From a bacterium (lineage in GTDB: Bacteria; Bacillota; Clostridia; Lachnospirales; Lachnospiraceae), in NCBI GenBank assembly GCA_023666335.1, contig JAMPCE010000001.1:103116-167115 (forward strand): a stretch of DNA of 64,000 nucleotides, given 5' to 3'. A program made the translations under genes and the position numbers. Below the pieces are notes generated by a model, which made no database searches, was not told where the DNA came from, and saw only the letters and a program-made list of their open reading frames with translations. Of the stretch, positions 10,730 through 19,000 are shown piece by piece; the first letter of the stretch is position 1; each line of letters starts with the position of its first letter.

Positions 10730-11992
10730 CCGCGCCAGATCTTCGTAGAACCCGGGGTAGCTGATGCCTGCGATATCGCAGCCCTTTATCGTTGTCTCGC
10801 CCTCGGCGATCAGCGAAGCGACGGCAAAGCTCATGGCGATACGGTGGTCTAGGTGGGAGTCCACCTCGGTCCCGTGAAGCGCGCCGCCGCCGTTTATGAT
10901 CATGCCGTCGTCCGTCCCTGTGATATCACAGCCCATTGCGCGCAGATATCGCACCATCACAGCGATGCGGTCGGATTCCTTGACTTTCAGTTCGGCGGCG
11001 TCGCGGATGACGGTAGTGCCTTCCGCGCAGGCAGCCATCACGTTGATGACGGGCAGTTCGTCGATCAGCGTGGGAATGATATCGCCTTCTATGGTGACGC
11101 CGTGGAGCGCACTGTATCGCACCAGCAGATCGGCAGTCGGTTCCCCGTCACGATTTTCATTCAATAACGTAATATCTCCGCCCATTTCTTTGGCGACGCG
11201 CAGGATGCCGTCGCGTGTGGGATTGATGCCCACGTTTTTGATGAGGATCTCGGAGCCGGGAACGATCAGTCCCGCGGCAATAAAGTATGCGGCGGAGGAA
11301 ATATCGCCGGGCACATGGATCTTTTGTCCCGTAAGCTGCGGTTCCGGGCAGATTTTTGCAGTTTTATGTTCGGAACTGATCTCTGCACCGAAACAGCGCA
11401 GCATGAGTTCCGTGTGGTTGCGGCTGAAAGCCGGTTCCGTCACAAGCGTTTCGCCCTCGGCGTAAAGGCCCGCGAGCAGGACGGCGGATTTTACCTGGGC
11501 GGAAGCGACTTTGGAGTGATAGTGGATGCCGTGCAGGGGCGCGCCCGTGATGCGAAGCGGCGCGCAGTCATTTCCGTGCAGGCTTTCGATCTTTGCGCCC
11601 ATCAGGGACAGCGGTTCCATGATCCGCCGCATGGGGCGTTTCTGAATGGAAGCGTCCCCGGTGAGGGTAGTCTCAAAATCCTGTCCGGCAAGAATGCCGC
11701 TGATCAGCCTTGTGGTGGTGCCGCTGTTGCCCATGTCCAGAATGGAAGAGGGTGCGGAAAGACCGTGCAGCCCCTTGCCGTGGATGAGGATCTTCTCGGG
11801 GGTATTTTCGATCTCAATGCCCATTTTCCGAAAAGCGTCTATGGTAGAGAGACAGTCCGCTCCCTGCAAGAAGTTTGTGACTTCGGTAAGCCCCTCCGCC
11901 AGGGAGCCGAACATCACCGCGCGGTGGGAGATGGATTTGTCGCCGGGGATGGTGACTTCGCCTTTTAATTGTTTTGCGGGTTGAAAAATCAT
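10718..11992 (-). CDS. aroA: 3-phosphoshikimate 1-carboxyvinyltransferase (EPSP synthase)
   Basis: MIFQPAKQLKGEVTIPGDKSISHRAVMFGSLAEG... is a canonical AroA N-terminus. Its 3' end overlaps the convergent VanZ-like gene by 12 nt. Confidence 0.95.
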   Translation of the reverse strand: MIFQPAKQLKGEVTIPGDKSISHRAVMFGSLAEGLTEVTNFLQGADCLSTIDAFRKMGIEIENTPEKILIHGKGLHGLSAPSSILDMGNSGTTTRLISGILAGQDFETTLTGDASIQKRPMRRIMEPLSLMGAKIESLHGNDCAPLRITGAPLHGIHYHSKVASAQVKSAVLLAGLYAEGETLVTEPAFSRNHTELMLRCFGAEISSEHKTAKICPEPQLTGQKIHVPGDISSAAYFIAAGLIVPGSEILIKNVGINPTRDGILRVAKEMGGDITLLNENRDGEPTADLLVRYSALHGVTIEGDIIPTLIDELPVINVMAACAEGTTVIRDAAELKVKESDRIAVMVRYLRAMGCDITGTDDGMIINGGGALHGTEVDSHLDHRIAMSFAVASLIAEGETTIKGCDIAGISYPGFYEDLARLRG

Positions 11993-12006
11993 AAAATACC
12001 TCTTTC

Positions 12007-13104
12007 TTATCTTGTGTGAATCTTGTAGCCGTGCTCCGTCATTACCGTTTCCGCCTGCTCTAACATCTTTTGGTCGTAAAATTCGATGCGCAGCGCGCCT
12101 TCCGCCAATTCCCGATTGTGATTGATGCCGATGTTTTTGATGCTGACATCGTGCATGGCAAGGAGGGAGGAGACTGCCGCGATCGCGCCGGGTTTATCCG
12201 CGATATCCACGGTAAAGACGTACTCCGCCTTGATGGGGCCGCTGGGCGTGCTGATAAAGGATTCGCGGTAGCTTCTCGCCGTGTCAAAGAAGGTGTAGAG
12301 CGTGTCTTTTTCACGGCTGTCGATATCGTCTGCGATATCCGTCAGGGATCGGATGTATGCCCGAAGCAGTTTGGAGATATTGACCGAATTGGTCAAGCAA
12401 ATCTGCTGCCACATAGCGGGGGAAGAGGAAGCAATCCGCGTGATATCCTTAAAGCCGCCCGCCGCGATCATCTTCATCACGCCGTCTTTCGAATCGCTGT
12501 CTTTCACCAGATTGACTAAAGAAGCGGCGATCACATGGGGCAGATGGGAGATGGCTGCGGTCACATAATCGTGCTCTTCGTAAGAGAGAATGAGCGGGAT
12601 CGCGCCGATGGTTTTCACCAGCTCCTCGTAGGCGTCTGTTTTTTCCTGCGGTACGGTCCCTGACGGCGTGAGGATATAGTAGGCGTTTTCCAAAAGGGAA
12701 GCCTTGGCGTTCTGGTAGCCGAAGCGCTCCGAGCCTGCCATCGGGTGGCCGCCGATAAACTGCTCCTGTAAGCCAAGCGCTTCAATCTGTTCGTGGATCT
12801 CCGTTTTGACGCTCCCCACGTCCGTGAGGATGGTGTCGGGGGAGAGGAAACTTTTCAGAGTGCGCAGATTTTCTACATTATGCGAAACCGGCGCACATAA
12901 AAAAAGGTAATCGCAGCCCTGAAACGCCCCGTCGATGGCGGGACAGATCTCGTCGATGATCTTTTCTTTCTTTGCCAGTTCCAAAGAGGCAGTATGGATA
13001 TCGTAGGCGAGCAGGCGGACGTCCGGCAGGTGTTGTTTCATCGCTTTGGCGATGGAGCCGCCGATTAAGCCCAGCCCGATAAAGCCGCAGGTGAGAGTGT
13101 TCAT
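12007..13104 (-). CDS. tyrA: Prephenate dehydrogenase with a C-terminal ACT domain
   Basis: Rossmann motif GFIGLGLIGGS. The C-terminal ACT-like segment is VFTVDIADKPGAIAAVSSLLAMHDVSIKNIG. The start is reset to the internal ATG (MNTLT) preceded by GGAGG; the ORF-track N-terminal extension has no RBS. Confidence 0.85.
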   Translation of the reverse strand: MNTLTCGFIGLGLIGGSIAKAMKQHLPDVRLLAYDIHTASLELAKKEKIIDEICPAIDGAFQGCDYLFLCAPVSHNVENLRTLKSFLSPDTILTDVGSVKTEIHEQIEALGLQEQFIGGHPMAGSERFGYQNAKASLLENAYYILTPSGTVPQEKTDAYEELVKTIGAIPLILSYEEHDYVTAAISHLPHVIAASLVNLVKDSDSKDGVMKMIAAGGFKDITRIASSSPAMWQQICLTNSVNISKLLRAYIRSLTDIADDIDSREKDTLYTFFDTARSYRESFISTPSGPIKAEYVFTVDIADKPGAIAAVSSLLAMHDVSIKNIGINHNRELAEGALRIEFYDQKMLEQAETVMTEHGYKIHTR

Positions 13105-13203
13105 GTGACCTCCGTTTTGGCACAAATTTTCATTCTTGCCGTGTTGCTTAAATTTCGATTCTAAGATATCATAAAATGAGCGGAATGGCAAGGAGGTGTG
13201 CAT

Positions 13204-13725
13204 ATGGACTATTTTGAAATCCATACGGAGCGTTTGGTGTTGAAGCCGCTTGGGAAAAAATATCTGAAATCGACCATCCAATATGCAATGGATTACGAAA
13301 ACACAAAATATATGTGCCATTTGCCGGATGAAACAGTTGAAGAAGCGGAAGAATTTTTGATAAATGCCGAGAAAGAATGGAAAAAGGAAAATCCGGCTTT
13401 CTTAGAATTTGCAATAATCTATCAGGGTGTACATATCGGCGCTGTCAGTGTATATTTTGAAAAGGATACGGGAGAACTAGGCTGGATCATCCATAAGGAG
13501 TATTGGGGAAACGGATTTGCCTCTGAAGCGGCAAAGGCGCTCATTGATCATGTGAAAACAGAACGGAAAATAAGCCGTTTTCTGGCGCATTGTGATACGG
13601 AGAATGCAGCATCCTATAAAGTGATGGAAAAACTGGGCATGTGCAGAACCGGTGAGTGGGGCGGACGAAGAAACAGAGCTGCCACAGAAGACAGTTTCGA
13701 ATATCAATATGAATTGCATTTATAA
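13204..13725 (+). CDS. GNAT family N-acetyltransferase (RimJ/RimL-like)
   Basis: HTERLVLKPL...YWGNGFASEAAKALIDH matches the GNAT acetyl-CoA binding fold. RBS aggagg precedes the ATG at 13204. Confidence 0.75.
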   Translation: MDYFEIHTERLVLKPLGKKYLKSTIQYAMDYENTKYMCHLPDETVEEAEEFLINAEKEWKKENPAFLEFAIIYQGVHIGAVSVYFEKDTGELGWIIHKEYWGNGFASEAAKALIDHVKTERKISRFLAHCDTENAASYKVMEKLGMCRTGEWGGRRNRAATEDSFEYQYELHL

Positions 13726-13764
13726 ATGTTAAGTTTGGTCTGTGCAAATTGTATCATTTTATCT

Positions 13765-13793
13765 TGAAATTGTTTAGAAAATTTGGTAAAATG
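13765..13793 (+). promoter_or_regulatory. Candidate sigma-A promoter for the EF-G paralog (TTGAAA -17- tgGTAAAAT, extended -10)
   Basis: -35 TTGAAA at 13765-13770, an exact 17-nt spacer, and TG-extended -10 TAAAAT at 13788-13793. Confidence 0.5.
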
Positions 13794-13873
13794 TATTTAC
13801 AACTTGGCGTCATACACCAGACCTTGTGTGGATGCGGTTGGAAAAGAACAGCAGAATTGGAGGGTTACAAGGC

Positions 13874-15967
13874 ATGAATGTTTACACGACGGACAAGATT
13901 CGTAATGTGGTGCTGCTGGGGCATGGGGGCTGCGGCAAGACCAGTCTGGTGGAGGCGATGGCTTACCTTTCCGGCGTCACGTCCAGAATGGGGAAGATCG
14001 ACGACGGAAACACGGTGAGCGATTTTGGCAAGGAAGAGCAGAAGCGCCATATCTCCATCAATACATCGGTCGTTCCCATCGAGTGGGAGGGCACAAAGAT
14101 CAATGTGCTGGACACCCCCGGATTCTTTGACTTTGTAGGGGAAGTGGAAGAGGCGGTGAGCGCGGCGGACGCGGCGGTCATCGTGGTCTCCGGCAAGGCA
14201 GGCATGGAAGTCGGCACGGAGAAAGCGTGGGAGATCTGTGAAAAGTATAAACTGCCCCGTTTCGTGTTCGTGACGGACATGGATATCGACAACGCTTCTT
14301 TCCGTCAGGTCGTGGCGGATATGACGGAGAAATACGGGAAGAAGATCGCACCGTTCCATCTGCCCATCCGTGAAAATGAGAAATTCGTGGGCTATATCAA
14401 CGTGATCACCGAGCAGGCTTACCGCTGGGAGGGCAAGGAAGTCGTGGAGTGCGAGATGCCCGATTACAGCAAGGAAAATCTACAGCTCTGCCGCGACACG
14501 CTGATGGAGGCGGTGGCGGAGACCAGCGAGGACTTTATGGACCGCTATTTTAACGGCGACACGTTCTCGGAGGCGGAGATCCGTTCGGCGATGCGCACCA
14601 ACGTGATGGACGGCACCGTGGTGCCGATGTCTATGGGTTCCAACGTGCTCTGCCAGGGAATCTTCACGCTGCTCGACGATATCGTCAAGTATATGCCGAG
14701 TCCCGAAAACCGCGAGATCGCGGGCGTTGACTTAAAGACAAACGAGATCTTCGAGGCGAACTACGACTTCTCCAAGCCGAAGTCCGCGTACATCTTCAAG
14801 ACGATCGTTGATCCTTTCATCGGTAAGTATTCGCTGATCAAGGTCTGCTCCGGCGTGTTCAAGAGCGACGATATGATCTACAACGACGAAAAGGAAGTGG
14901 AGGAGAAGATCAGCAAACTCTATGTCCTGCAGGGCAGCAAGCCTATCGAAGTGAAAGAGCTTCATGCGGGCGATATCGGTGCGATCGCAAAGCTGACTGC
15001 GGCGCGGACGGGAAATACCCTTTCCACAAAGGCGCGCATCATCCGTTTCGGCAAAGCGGAGCTTTCCACGCCTTACACCTATAAGCGTTACCGCGCAAAG
15101 AACAAGGGCGACGTGGATAAGGTATCGCAGGCATTGCAGAAGATGCGGCATGAGGATCAGACCCTTTGGGTGGTAAACGATGCGGAGAATAAGCAGTCCC
15201 TCCTCTACGGCATGGGCGATCTGCATCTGGAGGTCGTGGCGAGCCGCCTCTTAAACGAGTATAAGGTCGAAATCGAGCTGACGGATCCGAAGATCGCATA
15301 CAAGGAGACGATCCGCAAGAAATCCGACGTGGAACATAAGTATAAAAAGCAGTCCGGCGGCCACGGTCAGTACGGTCATGTGAAGATGCGCTTTGAGGCT
15401 TCCGGCGATCTGGAGACGCCGTTTGTGTTCGAGCAGGAAGTGGTCGGCGGTGCGGTGCCGAAGAATTACTTCCCGGCGGTCGAAAAAGGCTTGCAGGATT
15501 CCGTGGCGGCGGGACCTTTGGCGGCTTATCCGGTAGTCGGCGTGAAAGCAGTCCTCTACGACGGTTCCTACCATCCGGTGGATTCTTCCGAGATGGCGTT
15601 TAAGATGGCGACGATCCAGGCGTTCAAGAAAGGCTTTATGGAAGCGGGACCGGTGCTCTTAGAGCCGATTGCAAACTTACAGGTGACGGTGCCGGATTCC
15701 TACACGGGTGACGTGATGGGCGACCTGAATAAGAGAAGAGGCCGTGTGCTTGGCATGAATCCCGCAGGGGACGGCAAGACCGTGATTGAGGCGGATATTC
15801 CGGTGGCGTGCTTAAACGGCTACTGCACCGATCTCCGTTCCATGACAGGCGGACGCGGCACTTACAAGTATGAGTTTGCCAGATACGAGCAGGCGCCGAG
15901 CGACGTACAGGAAAAGGAAGTGGCGGCGAGAGCGAAAGCTGTTGCGGAGGCGAATGCGGAAGCATAG
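13874..15967 (+). CDS. Elongation factor G family protein, a paralog with degenerate GTPase motifs
   Basis: Five-domain EF-G architecture over 697 aa. The P-loop GHGGCGKTS is intact. Switch II reads DTPGFFDF (canonical DTPGHVDF) and G4 reads TDMD (canonical NKMD). RBS ggaggg precedes the ATG at 13874. Confidence 0.8.
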   Translation: MNVYTTDKIRNVVLLGHGGCGKTSLVEAMAYLSGVTSRMGKIDDGNTVSDFGKEEQKRHISINTSVVPIEWEGTKINVLDTPGFFDFVGEVEEAVSAADAAVIVVSGKAGMEVGTEKAWEICEKYKLPRFVFVTDMDIDNASFRQVVADMTEKYGKKIAPFHLPIRENEKFVGYINVITEQAYRWEGKEVVECEMPDYSKENLQLCRDTLMEAVAETSEDFMDRYFNGDTFSEAEIRSAMRTNVMDGTVVPMSMGSNVLCQGIFTLLDDIVKYMPSPENREIAGVDLKTNEIFEANYDFSKPKSAYIFKTIVDPFIGKYSLIKVCSGVFKSDDMIYNDEKEVEEKISKLYVLQGSKPIEVKELHAGDIGAIAKLTAARTGNTLSTKARIIRFGKAELSTPYTYKRYRAKNKGDVDKVSQALQKMRHEDQTLWVVNDAENKQSLLYGMGDLHLEVVASRLLNEYKVEIELTDPKIAYKETIRKKSDVEHKYKKQSGGHGQYGHVKMRFEASGDLETPFVFEQEVVGGAVPKNYFPAVEKGLQDSVAAGPLAAYPVVGVKAVLYDGSYHPVDSSEMAFKMATIQAFKKGFMEAGPVLLEPIANLQVTVPDSYTGDVMGDLNKRRGRVLGMNPAGDGKTVIEADIPVACLNGYCTDLRSMTGGRGTYKYEFARYEQAPSDVQEKEVAARAKAVAEANAEA

Positions 15968-16022
15968 CGCGGATCGACAGGACAGATAGACGATCAATAG
16001 GATAGACGGTATTCGTATATGC

Positions 16023-16060
16023 AGGAGGAGCAGACCGATTGGTCTGCTCCTCTTATCTTA
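16023..16060. terminator. Bidirectional intrinsic terminator between the convergent EF-G paralog and the large surface protein gene
   Basis: Perfect 13-14 bp stem aggaggagcagacc / ggtctgctcctct with loop gatt, flanked by T/A runs. Confidence 0.6.
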
Positions 16061-16070
16061 TGCGGATTGG

Positions 16071-19000
16071 TTACTGTTTCCAACCCCAGTTGTTGCTGTT
16101 CTCCCCATTTTTTGCACCGCTCACATTGCTCACGCTGCCGCCGAATCCTGACCATTGAACGGGCGCGCTGTCACCCTTGCAGTTTGTTATTTTGACGCCT
16201 TTCACATGGGCGTTCAACTGCCCAAGGATCTGAATGGTTCCTCCGGCATTTCCCTGAAATGTGGAATTGGATATGGTCACATTACTGCAGGTCCTGCCGC
16301 TGTTTGGCTCGATGTCGATGCCGTACTGCGGGGCGGTTCCTTTGGCGCGGTTGAACTGGCAATTCGTGACTGTCACATTCGAGGCATCCGTGATGGAGAG
16401 GTTGTTTCGCCTGTTGTCGTGAAGATTACAGTTCGTAATCGTAACGCCGCTGCTGGAGGTATTTGGTCCGTCATAGAAGCCCAGATAAATACCGTCGCCC
16501 CAGCACTGGGAGATCTCCACATTTTCGATCGTAACGTTTTTGCAGCCGGAGATCAGGATGCCGTGTCCCCACTCACCGCTGCTGCCTTTGTGTATCTTGC
16601 GTTCCCCGATGATCTGTCCGCCGGAGATCGTGACATTTTTGCGGCCAAACGCCCAGATCACTTGAGAATTGGACTTGTTATTTCCAATTGCAACAAGCAG
16701 GGTGCTTGATGACATGATCAGTTTCTGATCGTCGGTCAGAATGATACCGCCGAATCGGCCGTTGCCAAGAAAATCCTTGCCGCCGCCTGCCGCGTCAATA
16801 TGATAGACGCCGGGAGGGAGGTACATCGCGTCATATTGGCTTCGGTTGCCCCATTCCCAATCGCGTAACATTTTGTTAATGTACGGCGTATCATCGGTGG
16901 TTCCGGGCGCCTGGCGGTAGACGAGAAGATTCCCCTCCGGTTCCTTTTCGTCGGGATCTATCGCGGCCGCATAGCACGTTTGTTTGTATGTGCGCTTGCT
17001 TGCAGAAGTATATACTGCAGTAATCTCAGCGGCGCCTGCTTTTTTCATGGTGAGCCGCGCGCCGGTGTCGGTTTTGGTAACAGATACCGCATCATTGTTG
17101 CTTGACCATTTGACATTTTCCGGATTCTGAGATGCCGTAAAATCCATATGGAGTTCATAAGTTTGACCGATGTTTTCTTTGATTGTCTGTCCGGCTTCTC
17201 TCAGCAGCGGAGCGTCAACCACAGTTACTTTACATTGTGCTTTTTTATTGCCGTCCTGCGCGATCGCTGTGATCGTGGCATCGCCTTCCTTATGGAGAGT
17301 CAGTGTGACAGTTTTGGTAACGGTTCCCCAGCCGGAGGCGCTGCTTGGATTCTCTGTGATAGAGACGACATTGCTGTTGGAACTGGTCCAGATTACCGTC
17401 GTGTTTGCAATCTTCTCATAGCTTTCCGCCGTGAGCGTTGCGGAAAGAGTCAGCTTGTCAGAATCTGAATCTGCTTCTGCCAGAACAAAGGAGAGACTGG
17501 TCTTGTTCAGTTTGATCGTCTTGACGCGGTTGATCCGGTATTTTTTCTTCTGGATCTTAAAGGAGTAGGTCTTTGTTCCGCCGTACTCGCCGATACCGTG
17601 TAACGTCACTTTTGCAGTACCGGGTTTGATATTATTTTTGTAAGAAACAATCTCATAACAGGATGCTGCATTCGGCAATTCCTGATTTCTCTTATAATCG
17701 GCGTTGTTGGCGTATACATGGATGTCGGCTTCTGTTTTAGGCTCCTTGGTCAAGGTGATTTCTTCCCCGGTATACTCCTGCGGATCGATGACGATCTTTA
17801 ATTTGCCGATATCTTTGGTCTTGTCATAGATGCGGTAGGCATCCGCTTTCGTGAGGGTTCCCGTATAATTGCCCGTTCCCGTGATCGTTATGGTGATGGA
17901 GGTGCCGACCGGAGGAACGACGGAAGCATCCGTCAGATCCACGGAAGCAGAAGTATAGGTAATCTCTTTCAGATAATCCGTGCCTGCCGCCAGCTTCTTG
18001 CCGTTTGTGTCGGTCACGGTGACGGCGGATTTCCATTTGTTGGGGTTTTTATTGTAGACCTTATCAGGAGCTGACAAGGTGATGCCTGCCGTGGCGATAT
18101 CGCAGGGCGTGACGGTAAGAGGCACCGTCTGCTCGTACCCCTTGTAACTTCCTTTTCCTTTGATGATGCAGGACATGGTGGATCCTGCCGCCTTGTTATT
18201 TTTGTACTGGATGGTGTAGTCCGTCTTTACTTTGAGGACGGAATCTTCCGCATCCTTTAAAATGAGTTCCGGAGCGGCGCCGCCTTTCTGATAAGTGACT
18301 TTATAATCCCCGGCGCTTCCGCTGACATTTTTTCCGGGGAAGATGCGAACCTTGTCAATGTTTGGCGTGATGGCATATTTCAGTTTGAGAGACCCCTTGT
18401 AGCGGCCTGTTCCCGTAAAGGTGACGGTCACGTTTCCGACCTTTTTAGCATTGCTGTATTTGATGGTATAGTCGGTTCCCTCTACGAGCTTTTCCCACTG
18501 AGGCGCATCCTCGGAGCCTGCATTATATTGTAAGAGGTCGGTCTTTCCCTGAAAGATCCCGCCGTATTTGTCCACGGTCTTTTGCGAGAAGACAAAGCCG
18601 TCTTTCCAGCCTGTACCGGAAGCGGCGTCCTTGATCTGCCTGTCACCCACGAGTTTCAACGTGACATTTTTGCAGCCGCGGTATCCGGCAGCCCTGCCAT
18701 TCTCGGAGGGAGAGAGCGTAAGATAAGCGCCTTGGATCCCGTTTGCAGACACTTCATAGTCATAGAGGGAGGAATCGAGGATCTGTCCGCCGAGTTTGAC
18801 CTCGGTAATCTTCACATTCTCTTTTGTCAAAGGCTTTCCGGCATATTCGTACTGCTTTTGGTCCAGTTTTACGGATGCGGAAGCGAAGTTTTTCGTTTTA
18901 TCGTTCAGGACCACAAGCTTCATGAAAAATTCACCGGTAAAATTACCTGTTCCCTTTACGGCGTAAGAGTAGACTTTTCCGGCTTCGTAAGAGTCGCCCT

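Noticed and set aside
12007-13320. Extended 437-aa tyrA ORF with the N-terminal MAHIFCVFVIH... segment
   Set aside because: The upstream extension has no RBS and no homology. The internal ATG (MNTLT) is preceded by GGAGG and gives the normal prephenate-dehydrogenase N-terminus, so the gene is called as 12007-13104.
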